In this document: piece by piece, positions 10,029-18,797 of the stretch
How positions within the stretch are numbered: position 1 is the first letter of the stretch
How the letters are laid out: every line of letters starts with the position of its first letter
From: Chryseolinea sp.
GTDB taxonomy: Bacteria > Bacteroidota > Bacteroidia > Cytophagales > Cyclobacteriaceae
NCBI GenBank assembly: GCA_041747735.1
Contig: JBGTEP010000106.1
Coordinates: 2,980 to 66,979, forward strand
Direction: 5' to 3'
Length of the DNA stretch: 64,000 nt
Made by a program: the position numbers and the translations under genes
The notes under the pieces: model-generated
The model's input: only the letters and a program-made list of their open reading frames with translations
The model's database searches: none
Told to the model about the DNA's origin: nothing

Positions 10029-11471
10029 ATGCAAGCGAACCAACCGAAACGACCCGAACTAAAAAGAGCGATCAGCAAAGCTGGATTTTTCTGCCTTGCA
10101 TTTGGTGCTATGATTGGGGTAGGCTGGGTTACCGCGATGGGGCCATGGCTTCGAACAGCAGGTCCTCTTGGTGCAGCAATTGCCTTCGCTATCGGAGGCC
10201 TGCTTATGTTGTTCATTGGCTTCTGCTACGCTGAAGTTACAGCCATGCTTCCTGTATCAGGAGGGGAAGTAGCCTATGCCTACAAAGCCTTTGGCAGCAG
10301 GCACTCTTTCTTAGTCGGATGGTTTCTTGCGTTCGGTTATATATCTGTTTCAGCGTTTGAGGCAATATCTGTCGGGAAAATTCTTAGCTATCTGTTCCCG
10401 TTTGTGGATCGGTGGCCGCTCTATTCAATTAATGGCGACACCATCTTTGGAACGCATTTGCTACTTGCTCTCTTTTTTGTTTCAGTGATCACCTACGTAA
10501 ACTATACTGGTGTTCGGAATTCGATGCGATTTCAAATATACCTGACTATAGTTTTTCTCCTTATAGTTTTGTGTGTTGCAATAGTAGGTCTTGTACAAGG
10601 AAAAATCGCTAACCTTCAACCGCTCTTTGTTGGGAACTCCTCCCCGGATATTGCGGCTGGCATAACGAGTGTGATCGTTACAGTTCCATTCTGGCTCGTA
10701 GGATTTGATACAATACCACAAGGGGCGGAAGAGGCCAAGGAAACAGTTTCTCACCGGACGATCGGCATCTTGATTTTAGTCTCAATAATTGCCGCAGTGC
10801 TGTTTTACATTTTGTTGATATTCAGCGCATCGATGGTGACGAGTTGGTCTTCATTATCGGGATCAGAATTATTTACAGCGAGTGCTTTTGAAATTGCTTT
10901 TGAATCCGATATCCTGGTAACTGGAATTTTAATTGCCATTATCATCGGACTTCTCACAAGTTGGAATGGTTTTTTCTTGGCAGGATCACGGGTGCTTTTT
11001 GCTATGGGTCGTGGTAAAATAGTTGCCCCTTCGCTTGGTGAATCTCACGCGAAATACGAAACACCATATAATGCGGTGATTTTTAGTGGCGTGATCACAC
11101 TGCTTTCCACATTGCTTGGCCGTGGGGCTATGATCGCATTTGTCAACGTTGGGTCTTTGTGTATCGCAGGCGCATTTCTTGGAGTCTCATTTTCGTACCT
11201 GCGTTTGAGAAAATCTTTCCCCGATCAACTGCGTCCCTATAAGGCGCCAGGAGGAAAACGGACAGGATACATTTCTATTGCTGGCTCAATATTGATCTTA
11301 CTTGCCATTACACTGCCCGGAAGTCCCGCCGCTTTGAAGTGGCCAATGGAGTGGGCCATTTTTTCGACTGTGTGTTTTTTGGGAGCAATTCTATGGATTG
11401 GTTCAAAATCAAGTCGCAGCGCGACTTCAAGCCAGGACAGGGACTATCTTATTTTAGAAAATTTCAATTAA
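10029..11471 (+). CDS. APC-family amino acid/polyamine permease
   Basis: GAMIGVGW, YAELxxxxPxxGG-like YAEVTAMLPVSGG, GFDTIPQGAEE; about 12 TM helices. Confidence 0.9.
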   Translation: MQANQPKRPELKRAISKAGFFCLAFGAMIGVGWVTAMGPWLRTAGPLGAAIAFAIGGLLMLFIGFCYAEVTAMLPVSGGEVAYAYKAFGSRHSFLVGWFLAFGYISVSAFEAISVGKILSYLFPFVDRWPLYSINGDTIFGTHLLLALFFVSVITYVNYTGVRNSMRFQIYLTIVFLLIVLCVAIVGLVQGKIANLQPLFVGNSSPDIAAGITSVIVTVPFWLVGFDTIPQGAEEAKETVSHRTIGILILVSIIAAVLFYILLIFSASMVTSWSSLSGSELFTASAFEIAFESDILVTGILIAIIIGLLTSWNGFFLAGSRVLFAMGRGKIVAPSLGESHAKYETPYNAVIFSGVITLLSTLLGRGAMIAFVNVGSLCIAGAFLGVSFSYLRLRKSFPDQLRPYKAPGGKRTGYISIAGSILILLAITLPGSPAALKWPMEWAIFSTVCFLGAILWIGSKSSRSATSSQDRDYLILENFN

Positions 11472-11487
11472 CAAACCCCATTTTACA

Positions 11488-13062
11488 ATGAATTCAACAC
11501 AAAGTAAAGAAAATAGCAGTCCGGCAATAAAGTCTGCTGCTGTTGCCGTTTCCGAGAGAAGAAATACCGGAACAGTCAGAAAAATGACATCTAAAAAGAA
11601 GAATACAAAGGTACTGAATGGGATTCCAGACATAAGAAGATTCTTTTACAGAAATGAAATACCGATATACTTTGTGAGTGCTACCAATTTCAATCTGCTT
11701 GGTGCCGACGAATGGATTAAAGGTTTCAAGTTTATCTGCTATATAGAATGCTTCGATGGGTTGCACCCGAACGTCTTTTCACCGAAGGAAGAAATAGCCC
11801 ACGATGAATTTAAAAGTATAGAAGACATTAACAATTACCTGCTCGAGCACAAAGAGGTGGTAGACTATCTAAAGGAACGAGGTGGAAAAGGAAAAGCATT
11901 GTTCCTGATGTTTGACGAGCGTACCGAGGAATTAGCGAAGCAACTTGGATTAGAAGTATGTTTTCCCTCCGCTGAGATGAGAACATTTATGGATAATAAA
12001 GTAAATACAAACCGAATCGCTGAGAAAGCCGGGGTTCCTTGTGTGCCGTATATTTTATCTAATGTTATGAGTTATGAACACCTGGTTTCGATCAGTAAAA
12101 AGAAACTCGGTACCGACCTTGTCATACAAACTCCTTTTGGTGACTCTGGGCACACGACTTTTTTTATTTCCAACCAGGAGGAATGGGAGAAGCATGCAGA
12201 TGAAATTATCGGGGAAAAAGAGGTGAAGATCATGAAACGTATTAACTGCCGCGGTTCTGCGATAGAGGCGTGCGTTACGAGACATGGTACTATCGTGGCT
12301 CCGTTAATGACAGAGCTAGTAGGATTCAAAGAACTTACACCGTACAAGGGAGGGTGGTGTGGAAATGAAATCTATGCTGACGCTTTCACACCCGAGATCA
12401 GAAAAAAGGCGCAGGAGTATACGCAGCTTTTCGGCAACCAGCTAAGGGACGAGGGTTATAAAGGTTATTTTGAACTTGACTTTCTTATCGACCTGGATGA
12501 TCAGCAGATTTACCTCGGTGAATTGAATCCCAGGATAACAGGCGCCAGTTCTATTACCAACCATGCGGTATTTGCTTTGTCAGATATGCCTATGCTGTTG
12601 TTTCATATGATGGAGTGGATGGATCAACCTTACAAGCTAAATGTCAAGGCACTTAACAGCCGTTGGTTCAAACCGGAAAACATTGATTCGTGGGGACAGC
12701 TTGTTATTAAACATACCGGAAAAAATATACAAGTGATAGCGGAAGCTCCGCGCTCCGGAATTTATAAAATGAACGAGGACGGCACGATTAAATTCTCAAG
12801 AATGGACACACACCGAAGGGCCGTGGAGACGGAGAAGGAAGCGTTCTTCCTTCGAATCAGCCGCACCGATGATTATTATTATGAGGGTGCTGACCTGGGC
12901 ATACTGGTTATGCGTGGACGCCTGATGACTGATGATTTTACGCTAAACCCAAGAGCGAAGAAGTGGATAAAGGCGATCAAGCAGTTATACGCTGCCGTGG
13001 CCTATGTGCCTCAGGCATCTGTTCCGGAAGTAGCTGAGATTGGAGGATTTAAAATGATGTAG
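11488..13062 (+). CDS. ATP-grasp carboxylate-amine ligase of unknown substrate
   Basis: DNKVNTNRIAEKAGVP, QTPFGDSGHTT, FELDFL, GELNPRITG. No biotin carrier gene nearby. Confidence 0.8.
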   Translation: MNSTQSKENSSPAIKSAAVAVSERRNTGTVRKMTSKKKNTKVLNGIPDIRRFFYRNEIPIYFVSATNFNLLGADEWIKGFKFICYIECFDGLHPNVFSPKEEIAHDEFKSIEDINNYLLEHKEVVDYLKERGGKGKALFLMFDERTEELAKQLGLEVCFPSAEMRTFMDNKVNTNRIAEKAGVPCVPYILSNVMSYEHLVSISKKKLGTDLVIQTPFGDSGHTTFFISNQEEWEKHADEIIGEKEVKIMKRINCRGSAIEACVTRHGTIVAPLMTELVGFKELTPYKGGWCGNEIYADAFTPEIRKKAQEYTQLFGNQLRDEGYKGYFELDFLIDLDDQQIYLGELNPRITGASSITNHAVFALSDMPMLLFHMMEWMDQPYKLNVKALNSRWFKPENIDSWGQLVIKHTGKNIQVIAEAPRSGIYKMNEDGTIKFSRMDTHRRAVETEKEAFFLRISRTDDYYYEGADLGILVMRGRLMTDDFTLNPRAKKWIKAIKQLYAAVAYVPQASVPEVAEIGGFKMM

Positions 13063-13066
13063 GCAG

Positions 13067-14056
13067 ATGCTCATCTCTTTCAATTGTATTCAGGAAGATA
13101 AGCCAGGCGAAAAATGGAAAGCCCTGTTTAAAAGAACATGGCGACACTATAAACACTGGTTTTTGTCGGAAGGATACCTGGCGAGGAAAGGATACCTCAC
13201 TTCTGTTAATCAATTGCAAACTTCAATGCCGGAGCTTATGCCAATTTATGAACGACTCGTTGAACTTGTTGGCGGCGGTGATCTCGAAGCCAGATTCCTT
13301 AGCATGTACTCGCCACCTGCGTACATGTCAGCGTGCTCGCAAGTAGCATGGACTCAGGATGGTGCTTCCTTGATAAGAAACTATGACTACAGTCTAAAGA
13401 TGTTCGAGGGAACGATGTTGTATTCCAATTGGTTGCAGCCGGTCGTTGGTGTTACCGATTGTAACTGGGGGCTTCTCGACGGAATGAATGGATCCGGGCT
13501 CGCAGCTTCTTTGACTTTCGGTGGTCGAAAAGTTGTTGGCGAAGGATTTGGGATTCCTCTTATTATGCGATACATCTTAGAAACTTCGCGAACAGTTAAG
13601 GACGCGATAAATGTTTTACATCGTGTCCCGGTTCACATGGCCTACAATGTTACGCTAATCGAACGTTCAGGACTATTCGCAACCGTATTTCTCTCTCCCG
13701 ACAGGCCACCTGTGGTTATCGACGAGCCGGTTGCAACAAACCATCAGACAGAAGTTGAATGGAGTGATTATGCTTCGTTAACCGGAACTATAGAGCGTAA
13801 GCGAGTTCTCGAGGAACTGATCGCATCAACCCGTGAGACTGAAACAAGTGTGCTTGGACATTTTCTGAACCCGCCGCTCTACAACACGAATTTTGAGAAA
13901 TTGTTCGGAACCCTGTACACGGTAATATATCGGTTACATAAACAAGAAGCGGAGGTCATATGGCCCGGAATGGAGATCAAACAGACATTTACATCTTTCG
14001 ATGAAATGTGTTTGGTCCCTTTTACAATCAACATGAACAAAGACCTGGCCCGGTAA
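13067..14056 (+). CDS. C45-family autoproteolytic Ntn-hydrolase/acyltransferase
   Basis: Candidate nucleophile Cys90 (SAC|SQ), IRNYDY, LDGMNGSGLA, ATNHQ. Confidence 0.85.
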   Translation: MLISFNCIQEDKPGEKWKALFKRTWRHYKHWFLSEGYLARKGYLTSVNQLQTSMPELMPIYERLVELVGGGDLEARFLSMYSPPAYMSACSQVAWTQDGASLIRNYDYSLKMFEGTMLYSNWLQPVVGVTDCNWGLLDGMNGSGLAASLTFGGRKVVGEGFGIPLIMRYILETSRTVKDAINVLHRVPVHMAYNVTLIERSGLFATVFLSPDRPPVVIDEPVATNHQTEVEWSDYASLTGTIERKRVLEELIASTRETETSVLGHFLNPPLYNTNFEKLFGTLYTVIYRLHKQEAEVIWPGMEIKQTFTSFDEMCLVPFTINMNKDLAR

Positions 14057-14137
14057 CAAACTGGTTCGGGTAGAAGAGATTCTCTTCTCTTCTTCTCTAC
14101 GTCTAAATAGAAAAATGGAAAGCTAAAATTTTAATTT

Positions 14138-14953
14138 ATGGATGTGTTGATTGAAGTATTTGATAACATAAAGAAAGCGCTCGTTGAAAACGTCGTGGAA
14201 CTCCTTCCAAACCTGGGTCTTTCCCTCATCGTGGTTCTTGTCGGTATTGCGATAGCCTGGATGGCCAGGAGGGTAACGATAAGGCTGATTCTTTATATTG
14301 ATCGGAAAGTCAACGAAAGGTTAAGTGTGCGTTTGTTAAAAATTGATCTACAAAGCGTCGCGAAGGCTTTAGCCAGGGCAATGTTTTGGACGATCATATT
14401 GTTCACAATTGCTGTGATTATCCAAATACTCGGAATGTCAATTCTTACTACGTGGGTCAATGACCTGATTAAATATGTCCCGAATATTCTGGCAGTACTA
14501 CTGATTATTGTTTTTGGAATTGTTTCCGGAAAGCTGGCTGGTGATTTGATTTCATCCGCATCCGCAAGAGCGGGACTGACTACCGGTAACCAACTCGGCA
14601 GGTTAGTTCACATACTTATACTGGTAGTGACTTTTATCATCGCTATTGACCAAATAGGGATTGATATGGAATTTCTAACTAACATACTGACCATTATTGT
14701 GGCTTCATTATTATTTGCGGCTGCACTGGCATTCGGGCTTGGCGCAAACGTTTCAGTTAGTAACATACTCGGATCATATTACCTCCAACAGGTTTACAAG
14801 GAGGGCGATAAGGTCAGAATAAATGACATCGAAGGAATCATCATAAGAGTTACAGCAACAGTTGTTCTGATCGAAACCGAATCCGGCAGGGTTGTCATTC
14901 CATCAAAAGTTTTCAATGAATCGAAGTCTGAACTAATTAAGTCTAACACATGA
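14138..14953 (+). CDS. Small-conductance mechanosensitive channel-like membrane protein (TM-helix repeat/MscS)
   Basis: Multiple TM helices; ALAFGLG...NILGS...GDKVRIND IEG MscS beta-domain. Confidence 0.8.
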   Translation: MDVLIEVFDNIKKALVENVVELLPNLGLSLIVVLVGIAIAWMARRVTIRLILYIDRKVNERLSVRLLKIDLQSVAKALARAMFWTIILFTIAVIIQILGMSILTTWVNDLIKYVPNILAVLLIIVFGIVSGKLAGDLISSASARAGLTTGNQLGRLVHILILVVTFIIAIDQIGIDMEFLTNILTIIVASLLFAAALAFGLGANVSVSNILGSYYLQQVYKEGDKVRINDIEGIIIRVTATVVLIETESGRVVIPSKVFNESKSELIKSNT

Positions 14954-15777
14954 ATTACGACACACTTTTACTTGAGAATTTCGTCAAATATCACACAACC
15001 GAAGCAGCGGTCCTGACTGAGAGTTTGCAAGATTCGGAGGTTGAAAAAGGGTTTAATACTTTACCAACGAAAGTATTACTTGCCCTGTTGAGTCAAATGG
15101 ATCGTTATAAAGTGTTGAAAGGTATCGAAACCTTAGACGAATCAAAGCTTACGGCCCTGTTTGAATCATTTCCAATTTCCGTCGCGAGAATACTGCTTTC
15201 TCAGATGGATGAGCAAAAAAGAAACTTGATTCTCGAAAACATATCTAAGGAGAAAGCAAGATCAATTCGGGTTGTTCTGAGCTATTCAGAAAATGCAGTC
15301 GGCGCCTACATGGATTCCCGTCCCTTCTTTCTCACGGACGACAGCAACGTAGGTGAAGCGATAGAGAAGATAAAAGAAAGCTCACAGGATGCCTTTCAAC
15401 ATCTCCCAATTATAGGACGTGATCAAAAATTGGTGGGCGTTGTCGATGTAAAATCATTGTTAGTTTCGGACAAGGAAAAATCTCTTCACTCCATCATGAT
15501 GGATGCCCCATTCAAAATATTGGCAGAAATGGATATGGAGGTTTTACTGGAACCTGGCGCCTGGGACGATGCATTTGTATCCTTGCCAGTAGTTGATGCC
15601 AGTGGAATATTCTTAGGTGTTTTACAGAGAAAAACGGTCACAAGTTTTGTCCCGTTCAAGAAGGTGCTTAGCAAAGAAGTGGCAGCGGCAAGCTCTGCTT
15701 TAGGTGATTTATACCGGATCGGGTTTCTAAGTATTGTCAGAGGCGCAAATGAAATTGGTTCAAGAAACGCAAAATAA
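14950..15777 (+). CDS. Soluble MgtE N-terminal + CBS-pair protein lacking the membrane domain
   Basis: YSENAVGAYM, CBS motifs (KLVGVVDVKSLL; LPVVDASGIFLG); no hydrophobic C-terminus. Confidence 0.75.
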   Translation: MNYDTLLLENFVKYHTTEAAVLTESLQDSEVEKGFNTLPTKVLLALLSQMDRYKVLKGIETLDESKLTALFESFPISVARILLSQMDEQKRNLILENISKEKARSIRVVLSYSENAVGAYMDSRPFFLTDDSNVGEAIEKIKESSQDAFQHLPIIGRDQKLVGVVDVKSLLVSDKEKSLHSIMMDAPFKILAEMDMEVLLEPGAWDDAFVSLPVVDASGIFLGVLQRKTVTSFVPFKKVLSKEVAAASSALGDLYRIGFLSIVRGANEIGSRNAK

Positions 15778-17096
15778 TGGAAGCTTTAACTCAACATAAA
15801 GAATTCACAACAACGCTATTGGACTATTATTTCAGGAAATATCCTGACGAAGTAGCCGAGTCACTAAATGAATTTCCCACGGATTATCTCGTCGAATGCT
15901 TAAAAGGATACTCGCCCGAGATCTCCCGTGAAATTCTATCAAAACTGTCCAGTCAGTCAGCAACAGAGGTTCTTACCCTCATGGACGAACCATCGTTTGT
16001 AAGTTTGATTTCCGGAATGGATACATACACTGCTGCAATTTTGATATCGCGATTGGAAAAACCGCTCGTGGAAGAAAGGCTCAGGTCGCTTGGTTCTAAA
16101 TTTTCATCCGCAATACGTGCGTTGTTGTCCTATCCACCGGAATCCGCAGCCTTTCTTATGGACACACGGATGAAGTTATTTAGAGAAACTGATTCCGTTA
16201 GCGATGTTCTCAATACGCTGCGTAACCATGGAGACAGAAGCCTGGTGGTTTTATATGTAGTAGACCCGGACGGTAAATTACTCGGAACCGTTCCCATCCA
16301 TGTTATTGCGGTTTCGCCTCCAGGGGAACAGATGGCTAACTTAGTCGGGAAGTCAGTCTTTGTTGAAGCGCTGGCGCCTCGCGAAGAAGTTGTCGAATTA
16401 CTTCAGGACGGTAAGTTAATAAGCCTTCCCGTGGTTGATGTCAACCATAGGATGCTTGGGGTTATTCGATATGATGCGCTTGTCAAAGCTGCTCAACACG
16501 ACGCAACCGAAGACTCCCTCGCCATGTTTGGTGCCGGACGTGAAGAGAAGGCATTGTCAGGTGTTTGGTTTGCGATAAGAAAACGATTGCCCTGGCTTGA
16601 AATAAATCTGGCAACAGCGTTCCTGGCCGCATCGGTCGTAGCACTTTTCGAAGATACTATTGCACGAATAACCGTCCTTGCCGTATTTCTTCCCGTAGTT
16701 GCCGGCCAGTCTGGAAATACAGGTTCTCAAGCACTGGCGGTAACAATCCGCGGTTTGGCATTACGTGAAATACACATTGGTCAATGGTTTAAAGTTGCCC
16801 GAAAGGAAGTATTAGTCGGACTCGTAAATGGTATTGTTATTTCTCTCAGCACAGCTATTATTGTCTTCTTTTGGGCCTCATCGCTTGGATTAGGAGTAGT
16901 GATCGGCGTGTCAATGATCTTTTCTATGGTCATTGCCGGATTTTCGGGAGCTGTGATTCCCATCCTCTTAAAATCGTTTGGACAGGATCCGGCGCAATCA
17001 TCGTCCATCGTATTAACCACAGTAACTGATATCGTTGGCTTTCTAAGTTTTCTCGGACTGGCAAATGTTTTGGGCGACATGTTGGGTGTTGTGTAA
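15777..17096 (+). CDS. mgtE: Magnesium transporter MgtE
   Basis: YPPESAAFLM, CBS pair, KRLPWL, GNTGSQ, DPAQSS...TDIVG. Confidence 0.9.
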   Translation: MEALTQHKEFTTTLLDYYFRKYPDEVAESLNEFPTDYLVECLKGYSPEISREILSKLSSQSATEVLTLMDEPSFVSLISGMDTYTAAILISRLEKPLVEERLRSLGSKFSSAIRALLSYPPESAAFLMDTRMKLFRETDSVSDVLNTLRNHGDRSLVVLYVVDPDGKLLGTVPIHVIAVSPPGEQMANLVGKSVFVEALAPREEVVELLQDGKLISLPVVDVNHRMLGVIRYDALVKAAQHDATEDSLAMFGAGREEKALSGVWFAIRKRLPWLEINLATAFLAASVVALFEDTIARITVLAVFLPVVAGQSGNTGSQALAVTIRGLALREIHIGQWFKVARKEVLVGLVNGIVISLSTAIIVFFWASSLGLGVVIGVSMIFSMVIAGFSGAVIPILLKSFGQDPAQSSSIVLTTVTDIVGFLSFLGLANVLGDMLGVV

Positions 17097-17153
17097 TGAC
17101 CGATTGTCTTTTCGCAAGACTAAACTGAAATTAGGTAAATAATACAAGGTTAT

Positions 17154-18509
17154 ATGAACTTCACAAGCATCAACCCATTCAACGGATCCAGGATAGGCAA
17201 TTATAAAAAACATAATGAAGCGGATGTTCTTAGGATAATAAACAAAGCACAGCAAACTTTTGATAGTTGGCGTAAGGTCTCGGTGAAAGAGCGTGCTGCG
17301 CTTATCTCAGCCGTAGGAGATGCCTTGCGGAAAAATACTGAAAAGTATGCGCGGATGATAACGCAGGAGATGGGAAAACCGATTGCGGAATCACGCGCGG
17401 AAATTAAAAAATGCGCCTGGGTATGTGATTATTATTCAGACCATGCCGAAAAATTGCTCGCTGAAGAAACGATAAAGACGGAGGCATCCTGGAGTTTTGT
17501 GAGACATGATGCTATCGGTTGTGTGTTGGCTATAATGCCATGGAATTTTCCTTTCTGGCAAGTATTTAGATTTGCGGCACCCGCACTTGCGGCAGGTAAT
17601 ACTGCCTTGCTAAAGCATGCACCCAATGTGTTTGGCTGCGCTACTTATATTTCCGATGCTTTCCGGGACGCGGGAATTCCCGATGGAGTATTTCAAAATC
17701 TTTTTATTGACACGGATGCTATTGGCGGCGTCATCGCTGACAAATCAGTGAAAGCGGTTACGCTGACAGGTAGCGAACGGGCAGGGTCTGCTGTGGCTGC
17801 CCTTGCTGGCAAACATCTAAAAAAAACTGTATTGGAATTGGGAGGAAGCAACGCATTCATAGTTCTTGAGGACGCGAATATTGCAGACGCCGTACGAATT
17901 GCTGTGACGTCAAGGATGCAGAACGCAGGACAAAGTTGTATTGCTGCAAAACGATTTTTAGTGGTCGAACAAGTATACGATGATTTTGTCGCGGGATTCA
18001 TATCAGAAGTTAAGAAACTGAAGTCAGGGGATCCCATGAATGAAACTACTCAGCTAGGCCCGCTTGCACGCATTGATCTCGCCAATCAACTACAACGGCA
18101 GGTTCAGGAGTCTGTCAAGGCTGGAGCGGAACTCCTCCTCGGAGGCAACCAGCAAGGTTGTTTTTATGAACCCACCGTTCTGGGAAACGTCACTCCGGGA
18201 ATGCCAGCATTTGACGAAGAGACATTTGGTCCGCTTGCACCAATGATCAAAGTGAGAGACGCAGCGGAAGCAATTAAGTTTTCAGAGATGTCTAGATATG
18301 GATTGGGTGTAACCCTCTTCACTCAAAATAAAAACAACGCCATGGCAATGGCTGAAGAGTTCACGGACGGCGCTTGCTTTGTTAATGAACTGGTTAAATC
18401 CGACCCAAGACTACCCTTTGGAGGGACGAAGTCCTCTGGTTATGGGCGAGAATTATCACGCGACGGCATGATGGAATTCGTGAACAGGAAGACGGTGTAC
18501 ATTAAGTAA
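17154..18509 (+). CDS. gabD: NAD(P)-dependent succinate-semialdehyde dehydrogenase
   Basis: MPWNFPFWQ, LKHA, TGSERAG, LELGGS, QSCIA, EETFGP, PFGGTKSSGYGREL. Confidence 0.85.
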   Translation: MNFTSINPFNGSRIGNYKKHNEADVLRIINKAQQTFDSWRKVSVKERAALISAVGDALRKNTEKYARMITQEMGKPIAESRAEIKKCAWVCDYYSDHAEKLLAEETIKTEASWSFVRHDAIGCVLAIMPWNFPFWQVFRFAAPALAAGNTALLKHAPNVFGCATYISDAFRDAGIPDGVFQNLFIDTDAIGGVIADKSVKAVTLTGSERAGSAVAALAGKHLKKTVLELGGSNAFIVLEDANIADAVRIAVTSRMQNAGQSCIAAKRFLVVEQVYDDFVAGFISEVKKLKSGDPMNETTQLGPLARIDLANQLQRQVQESVKAGAELLLGGNQQGCFYEPTVLGNVTPGMPAFDEETFGPLAPMIKVRDAAEAIKFSEMSRYGLGVTLFTQNKNNAMAMAEEFTDGACFVNELVKSDPRLPFGGTKSSGYGRELSRDGMMEFVNRKTVYIK

Positions 18510-18797
18510 TTTAGGTGACGTTTGGAACGCCGGATCGTCAAATTTGTCGGTGTACTTCAAGAACCCCAATCGACTTTACCTCTTGAAACGACTTCGGCGA
18601 AAGTACCTCCGTTGTACGTCTTAGAAGATGCGATGCCAAGGGAGTTCGAAAGAAATTTTACCGAATTATGAACGTCCGGGACTAATAATCGTTGCAGGAA
18701 AATTCAAAATGCCTAAATTCCCGGATTGTACGTAGCATAGGTTTTTGATGAGAATACATCTTTTCCAGCTAATAATACGCACAGTAATTAATACGAC

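Noticed and set aside
11488-13062. Biotin carboxylase (accC) annotation for the ATP-grasp gene
   Set aside because: No N-terminal IANRGEIA-type motif and no biotin carrier or carboxyltransferase genes nearby.
14072-14088. Palindrome AGAAGAGA-T-TCTCTTCT
   Set aside because: One-nt loop, low complexity, no clean U-tract; not called as a terminator.
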